Positions 19,557 to 29,872 of a DNA stretch of 64,000 nt are shown here, piece after piece. This DNA comes from Thermodesulfobacteriota bacterium. GTDB taxonomy: Bacteria; Desulfobacterota_D; UBA1144; Nemesobacterales; UBA2774. Position numbers and translations under genes: made by a program. The stretch covers positions 736,001 through 800,000 of the forward strand of contig OZ244991.1 of NCBI GenBank assembly GCA_965223335.1, read 5' to 3'. The notes below the pieces were generated by a model. It was given only the letters and a program-made list of their open reading frames with translations, did not search any database and was not told where the DNA came from. Position 1 is the stretch's first letter. Every line of letters begins with the position of its first letter.

Positions 19557-22500
19557 TTGCAGGATACAGACAAATCAAAACAGGAATTAATCGAAGAACT
19601 AGAAACTCTTCGCACCAAATACGATTCCCTCGAACAATCGAAGAATGCAGAGAATGGACATGGGCACCATGACGTCACGAATGAGAAGGAACTCCTGGAC
19701 AAAATAAATGCCGGTGAGTCACTTTTGTCCATACTCGAAGACCTATGCGAAATATTTGAACAAGAAGCAGAAGGTTTGTTGTGTACGATCTGTCTAGTAG
19801 GGGAGGAAAATAAGACTCAAAAACTCATAGTAGCCCCCAGTCTGCCGCTTGAGTTTACAAAGAATCTGGGGTCTAACACGGTTGGTAAGTGCGAGGGCTC
19901 ATGCACCCAATCCATCCTTACATGCGGACAATCAATTCTAAGAAAGGAACTTGTAATAGTACCCGATATTGCGAACGACCCGCTTTTAGTGGACTCAAGT
20001 TCATTTCTTATGGATTACGGCCTTAAATCCTGTTGGTCGATGCCCATAATATCATCTACAGACAATATTCTGGGAGCATTCACTGTATATTACACTGACC
20101 TTAGAGAACCGAGTGCCGAGGAACTGAGCAGTGCAGCAAATATCTGTGCACTGGCAAATATAGCAATAGAAAAAAAATACGCAGCTGAATCACTGCGAAT
20201 GACCGAGGTCCAAAACTCGGTCCTGCTCAATGTAATCCCCGACACCTTAATGAGAATAAGCAGCAGCGGTCAAGTGCTTGACCTCATATCCGATCCCAAC
20301 AACCTTTTTTCTATATCCAAACTCACTCAGTCAAAAGTCACACTAGAGGATCTACTCCCCCCTCAAGTCTACGATAAATTTATGGAGTACATAGAACAAA
20401 CTAACTACACGGGAAACCCACAGACTTTTACCTACGATCTTCCCGACAGATTGGAAAAAGGAGTTTTGCATCATTACGAAACCAGGATCGTATCGAGCGG
20501 TTCAAACGAATTGCTCACAATAGTAAGAGAGATTAGCGAGCAGCGACTTAACGAGTTTTTACTAAGTCTTGAGAAAAAAGTATTCGAGATGATTGCATCC
20601 AATATGGTGCTACCCGAAATACTCGAGGTTATGTGTCTGGAGATTGAGAAAGAAACAAACGGGATGCAGTGTTCCATCCTCACATTAGATCCCAACGGGA
20701 AAACCCTCCATCATTGCGCAGCCCCTAGCTTGCCAAAGGATTACACCAATTTAATAGACGGCATAGAGATAGGTCCCTCGGTAGGGTCATGCGGGACCGC
20801 AGCTTACACCAAACGCCCGGTCATTGTATCTAACATCTCTACCGACCCCCTATGGACGGATTTTAAAGACGTTGCCGAGCAATTTGACCTAAGAGCTTGC
20901 TGGTCTACCCCGATCATATCCACAGATAGCAAGCTTATAGGCACTTTTGCAATGTATTACAAAGAGCCCAGGGAACCCGGGTTCCAAGAGCTAACGATAA
21001 TCGAACGTGCGGTATATCTTTCGAGAATTACCATAGAGCGTAAGAGGTCAGAAGAACTCATTACACAGTTTGGAAAAATATTAGAAGAATCACAAAACGA
21101 AATATATATATTCAATACAAAAACCCTAAAACTGATTCATGTAAACAAGGGTGCACGGGATAATTTACAGTACAACACATCCGAGCTAATGAAACTCAAT
21201 TTCATAGATGTCACGGCAGATCTTACAGAACAAACATTCCGCAGTACTGTAAAGCCCCTTCACAACAGCTCTCAAGACCAAGTGGATTATAAATCGTACA
21301 ACAGGCGTAAAGACGGCTCGATATACCCCGTCGAGGTACACATTCAACTATCTAATCTAAGTGGTGACGAAGTATATGTAACAAATGTGCTCGACATAAC
21401 CGATCGTATGAAAACCGAGGATGCACTGCGTCAAAGCAAAGAACGCCTGCAGCTGGCAATGGATTCCTCAGGGGTCGGCACATGGGACTGGGACCTGGAA
21501 AAAGACGAGATAATATGGGACGGAGAGATTCACCCAGTATATGGGAAGCTCAGGAAATACCGGGGCAAATTCAGCGATTTCCTCAAAGCTCTTCACCCCG
21601 ACGACAGCGACAGGGTACAAAATATTTTAGATGATTGCATCCGCAGCGGCAGAGATGTGGAGTTGGAGTATCGCGTGATCTGGCCCGACGGCAGCACACA
21701 CTACATCGCAGACCGGGGCAGGATCGTTAAAGACGACGCTCTAAACCCCACCAGGATCACAGGTGTATGCATCGATATCTCAAGGATTAAGAATGTAGAA
21801 CATGCGCTTCAGAAAAACCTTGATCAGCTCTCAAAGAAAAATCGTTATGAAGCGATACATAGGACAATTACACAAAGCGTTCACAGCACCATCGACCTTG
21901 AAGAGGTTTTAAACAGAGCTGCCGACGTGATTATTAACAAGGTCGATAATGTAGACAATTTGGCATTCTACTTAGTTGAAAACAACGCTGCCGTTTTAAA
22001 AGCACACAGAAATTTAACAGATGAATTCATAGAACAAGCTGGCAACATTCCCTACGGAAAAGGTTTCACCTGGAACACCATAATTACAGGTCAACTGACC
22101 TATTGCGCTGATGCCGAGACCGATACACTCATTGGCCCAGCCGGCAGAAAATTAGGCATAAGAAGTTATGCCTCCGTACCATTAAAATTCAAAGACAAAG
22201 TGATAGGGGCATTTAACTTAAATTCAAAAACAAAAAATGCATGCCAACAAGAGGAACTGATATTATTAGAGTTGATAGCAGACCAGTTGGAAACAGCTAT
22301 TGATAATGCGCGACAGGCGGAAGCATTAAGACAATCCGAACAAAAATATAGAACTCTATTTGAACAATCCCCTGTAGGTGTTTACATATTCAACGCAGAT
22401 TACAGAATCATACAGTGCAATGAGCAAATGGCCGAAATCCTCGAATCATCTCAGGATAAAATAGTCGGCCTCGATATGAATAACCTGAGGAATAAAAACT

Positions 22501-24599
22501 TTATGGATCTTATGAGTAAGGCTCTTCGGGGAGATACCGGGCACCTAGAGAGTTTTTATCATGCCTCTACAAGTGATAAAGAATTGTGGTTATCCGTAAG
22601 GGTTGCCCCCCTCAAAAACGCAGCCGGCGAAGTGACTGCCGGAATGGCGGTGGTACAGGACATAACCGACCGCAAAATGGCACAAGAGGCTCTACAAAAA
22701 TCGAAGGACTCCTACGAGGATGTGGTAAACACAGTGGAGGGTATTGTATGGGAAGCCAACCCCCTAACCGTTCAGTTTAGTTTTGTAAGCGAGAAAGCGC
22801 TAAGTATAACGGGGTACACAGTCGAACAGTGGCTGGAACCGGATTTTTGGTATAACCACCTTCACCCCAAAGACAGAGACTGGGCCTATAAATTATGCGC
22901 TGAGGCCACTGCAGAGAAAAGAGATCATCAGTTCGAGTATAGATTTATAGCCGCTGACGGCCGAATTATATGGTTGAGGGATATTGTAAGTGTAATAGTA
23001 GAGGACGATATCGTTACAAAATTACGCGGGATAATGATCGATATCACAGAGCTTAAAACAACCGAAGACCTGTTACTCGAAAGCGCTGAGAGATATAAAA
23101 CACTAATTGAAAATACCTATGAACTCATCATTGAAGCAAGCGCCGACGGCAGGTTCCTCTATGTAAGCCCCAACTACAAAGAGGTTCTGGGCTATGATAA
23201 AGACGAGCTTTTGGGCACCAACATATTTCAGTACGTCCACCCTGAGGATCTAGGAAGGGTAAAGAGTATTTTTGACAACACTTTTCTCAATCAGACCATC
23301 GGAAACGCAGTGTTTAGATATAAGCATAAAAACGGTGAATGGAGACTGTTTGAGAGCTCCGGCAAGACATTTAAATCTGCAACAGGAGACTTAAGATGCG
23401 TCATAGTTTCCCGCGACATTACCCAGCGCAGCAAGATTGAAGGAGAGCTCGCAAAGACTCAGAAACTCGAATCACTTGGAGTTCTAGCGGGTGGAATAGC
23501 ACACGATTTTAATAACCTTCTAACAGCTATTTTAGGCAACATCAATTTAGCTAAATCCAACACCGACAATTCACACAAAATATTCAAAACACTAGAAGAG
23601 GCCGAAAAAGCATCGACTAGAGCTAAGGACCTGACCTCGCAACTGCTCACGTTCTCTATCGGCGGGGGTATGCCTATCACTAAGGTAGTAACCACAATAG
23701 GCCAATTAGTATCGGACTCAGCCACTTTTACCTCTAGAGGCTCAAGCTCCAAATGCAATTTAAACATAGAAGAAGGCCTATGGAACGTAGAGATAGACGA
23801 GGGTCAAATAAGCCAGGTCGTAGACAACCTTGTGATAAACGCAATCCAGTCTATGCCCCAAGGTGGTATCGTAAACGTGAGTGTGGAAAATACGCATCCC
23901 GATAATTTGGTAGACGTACCACTCAATGGTCAAAAGTGTGTAAAGATTGCTATTGAAGACTCGGGGATCGGTATTCCCGACCAGCATCTAGAAAAGATTT
24001 TTGATCCCTACTTTACAACAAAACAAAAGGGCAGCGGGCTTGGACTCTCCACAGTATATTCAATAATAAAAAATCATGGTGGGCACATAGATGTGGATTC
24101 CTCATTAGGTAAGGGTACTAAGTTCAGCATTTACCTGCCTGCCACAGATCAAAAAGCCGATACAGCTCAGAAACAAACAACCGCCATCAGAGAGGGTACC
24201 GGCAGGATATTGGTTATGGACGATGAAGAATTTGTAAGAAATGTTGTAGGAGAAATGCTCTCTAGTCTCGGTTACGAAGTCGAGTTTGCCTGCAGTGGAG
24301 ACGATGCTATAGAGATGTATAAAGAGGCCAAGGAGTCGAATGAACCATACGATATCGTTATTATGGACCTCACAATCGCCGGTGGCATGGGTGGCAAAGA
24401 AGCAATCTCGATACTTAGGGAGTACGACCCCGAAATAAACGCTGTGGTGTCAAGCGGCTATTCCCATGACCCCGTGATGTCCGAATACGAAAAACACGGT
24501 TTTAGGGGCATTGTAGCTAAACCCTATATTCTAGAAGACCTAAGTGCCACGGTTTACGATATCATTGAATCATCTAAAAATAACGTGCAAACTTCTTAG
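19557..24599 (+). CDS. Cytoplasmic hybrid sensor histidine kinase (3 GAF, ~6 PAS, HisKA, HATPase, REC)
   Basis: AHDFNNLL H-box; NLVINA, DSGIG, FDPYFTTK and GSGLGL boxes; receiver MDDE/MDL/KPY; repeated DIT-R PAS ends. No TM helix seen. Confidence 0.93.
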   Translation: MQDTDKSKQELIEELETLRTKYDSLEQSKNAENGHGHHDVTNEKELLDKINAGESLLSILEDLCEIFEQEAEGLLCTICLVGEENKTQKLIVAPSLPLEFTKNLGSNTVGKCEGSCTQSILTCGQSILRKELVIVPDIANDPLLVDSSSFLMDYGLKSCWSMPIISSTDNILGAFTVYYTDLREPSAEELSSAANICALANIAIEKKYAAESLRMTEVQNSVLLNVIPDTLMRISSSGQVLDLISDPNNLFSISKLTQSKVTLEDLLPPQVYDKFMEYIEQTNYTGNPQTFTYDLPDRLEKGVLHHYETRIVSSGSNELLTIVREISEQRLNEFLLSLEKKVFEMIASNMVLPEILEVMCLEIEKETNGMQCSILTLDPNGKTLHHCAAPSLPKDYTNLIDGIEIGPSVGSCGTAAYTKRPVIVSNISTDPLWTDFKDVAEQFDLRACWSTPIISTDSKLIGTFAMYYKEPREPGFQELTIIERAVYLSRITIERKRSEELITQFGKILEESQNEIYIFNTKTLKLIHVNKGARDNLQYNTSELMKLNFIDVTADLTEQTFRSTVKPLHNSSQDQVDYKSYNRRKDGSIYPVEVHIQLSNLSGDEVYVTNVLDITDRMKTEDALRQSKERLQLAMDSSGVGTWDWDLEKDEIIWDGEIHPVYGKLRKYRGKFSDFLKALHPDDSDRVQNILDDCIRSGRDVELEYRVIWPDGSTHYIADRGRIVKDDALNPTRITGVCIDISRIKNVEHALQKNLDQLSKKNRYEAIHRTITQSVHSTIDLEEVLNRAADVIINKVDNVDNLAFYLVENNAAVLKAHRNLTDEFIEQAGNIPYGKGFTWNTIITGQLTYCADAETDTLIGPAGRKLGIRSYASVPLKFKDKVIGAFNLNSKTKNACQQEELILLELIADQLETAIDNARQAEALRQSEQKYRTLFEQSPVGVYIFNADYRIIQCNEQMAEILESSQDKIVGLDMNNLRNKNFMDLMSKALRGDTGHLESFYHASTSDKELWLSVRVAPLKNAAGEVTAGMAVVQDITDRKMAQEALQKSKDSYEDVVNTVEGIVWEANPLTVQFSFVSEKALSITGYTVEQWLEPDFWYNHLHPKDRDWAYKLCAEATAEKRDHQFEYRFIAADGRIIWLRDIVSVIVEDDIVTKLRGIMIDITELKTTEDLLLESAERYKTLIENTYELIIEASADGRFLYVSPNYKEVLGYDKDELLGTNIFQYVHPEDLGRVKSIFDNTFLNQTIGNAVFRYKHKNGEWRLFESSGKTFKSATGDLRCVIVSRDITQRSKIEGELAKTQKLESLGVLAGGIAHDFNNLLTAILGNINLAKSNTDNSHKIFKTLEEAEKASTRAKDLTSQLLTFSIGGGMPITKVVTTIGQLVSDSATFTSRGSSSKCNLNIEEGLWNVEIDEGQISQVVDNLVINAIQSMPQGGIVNVSVENTHPDNLVDVPLNGQKCVKIAIEDSGIGIPDQHLEKIFDPYFTTKQKGSGLGLSTVYSIIKNHGGHIDVDSSLGKGTKFSIYLPATDQKADTAQKQTTAIREGTGRILVMDDEEFVRNVVGEMLSSLGYEVEFACSGDDAIEMYKEAKESNEPYDIVIMDLTIAGGMGGKEAISILREYDPEINAVVSSGYSHDPVMSEYEKHGFRGIVAKPYILEDLSATVYDIIESSKNNVQTS

Positions 24600-24671
24600 T
24601 ATAAGTTGATTATACGATCCGTTTAATATAATATCCTCACTCAACTTGGATCTACGGCCCGACTATTTCAT

Positions 24672-26465
24672 ATGCATCCCAAATACATAAGGAACTTTTC
24701 TATTATTGCCCATGTCGACCATGGCAAATCCACTCTGGCCGATAGGATTCTTGAGTTCACAGGCACGCTAAGCGACAGGGAGAAAACCGAACAGTTCCTA
24801 GACAAGATGGAGCTTGAGCGTGAACGCGGCATCACTATCAAGGCTCAGGCCGTTCGAATCGCCTACACATCCGACGACGGCAACACATACGAATTTAATC
24901 TCATAGACACACCGGGGCATGTGGATTTCAGCTACGAGGTCTCAAGGAGCCTGATGGCCTGCGAGGGGGCACTGTTGGTTGTGGACTCGACCCAGGGTGT
25001 TGAGGCCCAAACACTCGCCAACGCTTACTTGGCTGTCGACTCGGGACTGGAACTTATACCCGTAATAAATAAAATCGACCTGCCGGCCTCTGATCCCGAG
25101 CGGGCCAAACACGAGATTGAAGACGTGATCGGAATTAGCGCCGACAACGCAATCCTGGCAAGCGCAAAAGAGGGGATAGGCACCAAAGAAATCCTAGAGT
25201 CTATAGTTAAATACATCCCACCGCCCACAGATAAATCAGAGCTCCCATTAAAAGCACTCATATTCGACAGCTGGTTCGACTCCTACGAGGGTGTGGTGAT
25301 GCTTATCAGGGTGTTTGAGGGCAAGATCGATATGGGTCAGCAGATGAGGTTTTGCTCCACCCGCAAAGACTACGAGGTAAAAAGACTAGGAGTGTTCTCG
25401 CCCGCCGCCACCGAGGTCAAGACCCTACACACCGGAGAGGTCGGGTTCGTAACCGCATCTATAAAAGAGATCAGGGAAGCCCAGGTAGGCGACACCATAA
25501 CAGAGGTCACTAAAGACGATATTGCACCTCTTCCGGGATTTCGCGAGATGAAACCCATGGTGTTTAGCGGGCTATACCCCATTGAGCCCAAGGAATACGA
25601 CAAACTTCGCGATGCCCTCGAGAAACTAGGCCTAAACGATTCATCCCTAGTATACGAGCCCGAGACCTCAGTAGCGCTCGGGTTTGGGTTTCGGTGCGGG
25701 TTCCTGGGTCTATTGCACATGGAGATAGTAAGGGAAAGGCTCGAGAGGGAGTTCGAACTGGAACTGATCACAACTGCACCCACAGTGGTCTATAGGGCAA
25801 CGGACACTGCCGGCGAAATAACCCTTGTCGACAATCCGAGCAAGCTTCCCACTCCCGACCAAATAGAGACTATCGAAGAGCCCTTCGTAAAAGTGACCAT
25901 GCACACCCCAAATAATTATGTGGGTGTGATAATGGATCTATGCGAGAAGAGAAGAGGGATTCAGGTAAACGTTAACTTTGTCACTCAGGACAGGGTGATC
26001 CTCGAGTACGATCTACCACTCTCAGAGATTGTGTTTGATTTTTACGATAAACTTAAATCCGTTTCCCGCGGTTATGCGTCGATGGACTATGAACCTATCG
26101 GCTATAAGGTGTCTGAGCTAATTAAGCTCGATGTACTCGTAAACGGCGATCCCGTAGACGCTTTATCGATAATAGTGCATAAAGAGAAATCGTATGAGAG
26201 GGGACGCGAGCTCATCCAGAAACTCCGCTCACTTATCCCGCGCCAGCTCTACGAAGTTGTCATCCAGGCCTCGATAGGAAACCGCATTATAGCACGCGAA
26301 TCTGTAAAACCGGTTAGAAAAGACGTGACAGCCAAGTGCTACGGGGGCGATGTAACCAGGAAAAGAAAACTGCTTGAGAAGCAAAAAGAGGGGAAAAAGC
26401 GGCTAAAACAGGTCGGTAAAATCGAGATACCCCAAGAGGCGTTTTTAGCAGTATTAAAGACCTGA
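24672..26465 (+). CDS. lepA: Elongation factor 4
   Basis: [32 protein letters not shown]. Confidence 0.98.
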   Translation: MHPKYIRNFSIIAHVDHGKSTLADRILEFTGTLSDREKTEQFLDKMELERERGITIKAQAVRIAYTSDDGNTYEFNLIDTPGHVDFSYEVSRSLMACEGALLVVDSTQGVEAQTLANAYLAVDSGLELIPVINKIDLPASDPERAKHEIEDVIGISADNAILASAKEGIGTKEILESIVKYIPPPTDKSELPLKALIFDSWFDSYEGVVMLIRVFEGKIDMGQQMRFCSTRKDYEVKRLGVFSPAATEVKTLHTGEVGFVTASIKEIREAQVGDTITEVTKDDIAPLPGFREMKPMVFSGLYPIEPKEYDKLRDALEKLGLNDSSLVYEPETSVALGFGFRCGFLGLLHMEIVRERLEREFELELITTAPTVVYRATDTAGEITLVDNPSKLPTPDQIETIEEPFVKVTMHTPNNYVGVIMDLCEKRRGIQVNVNFVTQDRVILEYDLPLSEIVFDFYDKLKSVSRGYASMDYEPIGYKVSELIKLDVLVNGDPVDALSIIVHKEKSYERGRELIQKLRSLIPRQLYEVVIQASIGNRIIARESVKPVRKDVTAKCYGGDVTRKRKLLEKQKEGKKRLKQVGKIEIPQEAFLAVLKT

Positions 26466-26485
26466 CTATAGCTGGTCCCAATCTA

Positions 26486-28189
26486 CTATTTATCCACAAC
26501 CGACATCATCATCTCAGTGATCACTTTGGTCGCCCCGCTAACGGTGTCGGGATCGGTATGTATGTTAATCACAGAGGCAAGACCCGAGTCAAGCGCCCTT
26601 TCTATGGCACCCTCGAGCTCTCGGGGATCCTCCACAAGCTCGCCGTAACCGCCAAGGGATTCGATCACCTTGTGGAAAGGGGTGTGACCCAACATCACAC
26701 CGGGTTTCGGAACATCCTGTCCATAGGTTATATCCAGCTGGTGCTTAGTCATTCCCCACGCACCGTCGTTACAGACCACGGCCACAAACGGGATCCCGTG
26801 CCTAAGGGCTGTATTAAACTCCATAAAGTTCATCCCCATCGCACCGTCACCGCTGATTAATACCAGTGGGGTGTCGGGGCGTGCCAACTTAGCCCCTATG
26901 GCAAACGGCACCCCTACTCCCATGCACCCGAGTGGGCCGCCCTTCACATAGTGCCCCGGGTTCGTGACTGTATAATTGCCGTCGGTAAAGGCCTGCGTGT
27001 CACCACCGTCTATAACTAGAGTACACTCGCCACCTAATACGTTTTCGACCGCCTTTACAACTCTAAGAATATGTATGGGCGTTTGCTCGGATGACTTGAT
27101 AGCTTTAAGATCGCCTGACTCAGCCCGGGCTACTGATCTAATATGCTCGACCCAGTCCTTATAATCCATCTCTAGCTTATTCGCTTTTAGCAGCTTGGAG
27201 ACTTGTTTCAAAGAACTGCTCAAATCGCCCGTAATCGGCAGGTCTACGGCTCTATTCCTCCCGATCTCGGCCGGGTCGATATCGATCTGTGCTACTTTTG
27301 CACGGGGATTAAACGTGTTTCCGAAACCTATATAGATGCTTAGTCTTACGCCCAGCAATAAAATGAGGTCAGCTTCGGAGGTTGCTTTTCTAAACCCGTT
27401 TGGAGCACCGGGGCTTGCGGCCCCAAAGCATAGTGGGTTAAGGTCGGAAACAATTCCTCGCCCGAAATTTAGTGTATATAGGGGTATCCCTGTAAGCTCA
27501 ATAAATTTTTTTAGCGAGTCTTCCGATTTTGAGTACCAGGCACCGCTACCCGCAATGGCAACAGGTTTTTTAGAATCAGCGAGCATTGATATGAGCTCAT
27601 CTGTACTCTCATTCGGAGCGGCAACTCTGGTATTGGGGATACGTGTGTCGTAATTCTTGATATCCTGTTCATACACCGAGGGGTACAAGACTTCATAAGA
27701 CATCCCCAAATAAACTGGCCCCGGCCTGCCGGCAATAGCTTGTTTATAGGCCTCTGTGATATATTGCGGGATCCTCGAGGGGTCATAAACGGTCCTTGCC
27801 CATTTCGTGACAGGCCTGGCCATAGCCTCTTGGTCTATCTCCTGGAGCGAGAGTCGGTCGTTTTCCTCGATCCCTGATCGGCCCGCGAGTAATAGTAGAG
27901 GCGAGTTCGAGAGGTGCGCTCCCGCTATACCTGTTAACGTGTTGGTAAACCCGGGCCCTGCGGTTACCAAACATACCCCCGGTCGCCTGGAAACCCTGCC
28001 GTAGGCGTCCGCAGCCATCGACGCCCCCTGCTCTTGGTGTGTGTCAACCAAGCGGATTCCAAACTCGGGGCAAGAGTTATATATAGGGTTTATATGCCCT
28101 CCGCCCAGTGTAAAAATGTCTTTTACACCCAGCTCTGAAAGTGTCTTTGCAACAAGCCGCCCGCCTTCAACTTTCGCCATCTTCACCAC
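26486..28189 (-). CDS. ThDP-dependent enzyme, acetolactate synthase-like / 2-hydroxyacyl-CoA lyase-like
   Basis: GGHI, HQE, TAGPG, LQEIDQ, GCMGVG, GDG...ND ThDP motif. No small regulatory subunit adjacent. Confidence 0.85.
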   Translation of the reverse strand: MVKMAKVEGGRLVAKTLSELGVKDIFTLGGGHINPIYNSCPEFGIRLVDTHQEQGASMAADAYGRVSRRPGVCLVTAGPGFTNTLTGIAGAHLSNSPLLLLAGRSGIEENDRLSLQEIDQEAMARPVTKWARTVYDPSRIPQYITEAYKQAIAGRPGPVYLGMSYEVLYPSVYEQDIKNYDTRIPNTRVAAPNESTDELISMLADSKKPVAIAGSGAWYSKSEDSLKKFIELTGIPLYTLNFGRGIVSDLNPLCFGAASPGAPNGFRKATSEADLILLLGVRLSIYIGFGNTFNPRAKVAQIDIDPAEIGRNRAVDLPITGDLSSSLKQVSKLLKANKLEMDYKDWVEHIRSVARAESGDLKAIKSSEQTPIHILRVVKAVENVLGGECTLVIDGGDTQAFTDGNYTVTNPGHYVKGGPLGCMGVGVPFAIGAKLARPDTPLVLISGDGAMGMNFMEFNTALRHGIPFVAVVCNDGAWGMTKHQLDITYGQDVPKPGVMLGHTPFHKVIESLGGYGELVEDPRELEGAIERALDSGLASVINIHTDPDTVSGATKVITEMMMSVVDK

Positions 28190-28305
28190 CTTTAACTCAA
28201 CCCTAATACTTTCACACCAATCGAATGCTAAATCAAATAGCTCATTTTCTGGATTAAACCCAAATGTGTTACAATAAGGACTACTTTAATTGGAGGTAAC
28301 CACAT

Positions 28306-28689
28306 ATGTCAGATCAAGAAATACCAGGTGGCGCAGAACAACCTCAACCTTCTAATGTTATGAATTCCATAACCATGGCGTTTAACCTCGGTGTGTCTGC
28401 CAATCAGCAGACTGCCGGCACTAAAAGTGTAGCCGTGGTGGCCGGGGATCTTGCGATGAATATATACAACAACCTAGCCGAGATATACGGCACACAACAC
28501 GACGAAGCGTTACTCCAGGCTAACACCGAGTACTTTTTGCAAATAGCACTCCTCGGATACATAGTCCCCTCTATATGCGCTTATGACGAGGATTTTAAGA
28601 ATAGGCTGTTTGCACTCATCGAAGCCAAGGCAAATGCAATGCCTACTGAGGGCGGCGCGCCTCCGGGAAGTCCCATCGTCACTCCATAA
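28306..28689 (+). CDS. Hypothetical protein
   Basis: 127 aa, GGAGG SD, ends 29 bp before the nitrilase. No family recognised. Confidence 0.7.
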   Translation: MSDQEIPGGAEQPQPSNVMNSITMAFNLGVSANQQTAGTKSVAVVAGDLAMNIYNNLAEIYGTQHDEALLQANTEYFLQIALLGYIVPSICAYDEDFKNRLFALIEAKANAMPTEGGAPPGSPIVTP

Positions 28690-28718
28690 CTTGGAATGAA
28701 CTGACCCATTACTAACAT

Positions 28719-29864
28719 ATGAACAACAAAGTCCTAGGTGGCAGAGAAAAGGTTAAAGTAGCTGTTATACAAGCGTCCCCTGTGTTTATGGATAAACGGG
28801 GCTCGATAGAAAAAGCTTGTAAGCTCATTAAGGAAGCTGGTCAAAACGGGGCCGAGCTTGTGACATTCTCGGAAACTTTCATCCCGGGCTACCCGGCTTA
28901 CTACACAGTAGGCTACGAAACCCCTCCTCATGAATGGACCGATTTTATGATAGCGCTGCAGGAAAACTCGGTGCTTATCCCCAGTGAAGACACACAGATC
29001 CTGGGTGAAGCAGCGCGCGACGCCGGCACATATCTGGTGATGGGCATAAACGAACTCGACGACCGCCCGGGCAGCCAAACCGTATACAACAGCCTGCTCT
29101 ACATAGACAAAGAGGGTCAGGTGATGGGCAGACACAGAAAGCTTATGCCTACCTATACGGAACGTGTGTATTGGGGTCAGGGCAATGGCAGTGATATAAA
29201 TGTATTCGATACCGATATAGGCAGGATAGGCGGGCTCATCTGTTGGGAGAACCACATGACGCTTGTGAGGGCTGCGATGATACATCGGGGCGAGGAGTTT
29301 CATATAGCTGTGTGGCCGGGGAACTGGAAGCGGGGCGATGATAAACTGCTCCAGAGCGACACATCCGAAGGAGGCATCCACTGCAATCTACAGTCGCTGA
29401 TAAAGGTCCACGCCTTTGAGGCAGGTGCATTTGTGCTAAGCGGTTGCGGCTACCTGACGGAGGACGACTTCCCTGAAAAGTGGGAGTACATACGCGACGG
29501 CGACCATATTAACTACGACTGGGCGCGGGGAGGAAGTTCCATAGTTAACCCAGCGGGCCGCTACCTCGCAGAACCCTGCTTCGAGAAAGATGCCATCCTC
29601 TATGCAGAGTGCTATGCCAACCAGATTAAGGCCGTTAAGGCCGTGTTTGACTCCTTGGGACATTACTCGAGGTGGGATGTGGCACGACTCGCATTAAATA
29701 CACAACGACTCGACCCGGAATTCCTAGACGACGCTATGCTTCATAATGATTTTGAGATCACAGAAGACAAACTCGACAGAATTTCAGAGAGTTATGAGAT
29801 CTCGAAAGATAATTTACGGTCAATAATTAAAGAACTATTTGACGTTAACGAGTCGACTGAATAG
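28719..29864 (+). CDS. Nitrilase (carbon-nitrogen hydrolase branch 1)
   Basis: E-K-C triad FSETF / HRKLMPT / ICWENH; DSLGHYSR. Confidence 0.92.
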   Translation: MNNKVLGGREKVKVAVIQASPVFMDKRGSIEKACKLIKEAGQNGAELVTFSETFIPGYPAYYTVGYETPPHEWTDFMIALQENSVLIPSEDTQILGEAARDAGTYLVMGINELDDRPGSQTVYNSLLYIDKEGQVMGRHRKLMPTYTERVYWGQGNGSDINVFDTDIGRIGGLICWENHMTLVRAAMIHRGEEFHIAVWPGNWKRGDDKLLQSDTSEGGIHCNLQSLIKVHAFEAGAFVLSGCGYLTEDDFPEKWEYIRDGDHINYDWARGGSSIVNPAGRYLAEPCFEKDAILYAECYANQIKAVKAVFDSLGHYSRWDVARLALNTQRLDPEFLDDAMLHNDFEITEDKLDRISESYEISKDNLRSIIKELFDVNESTE

Positions 29865-29872
29865 TAACTATA

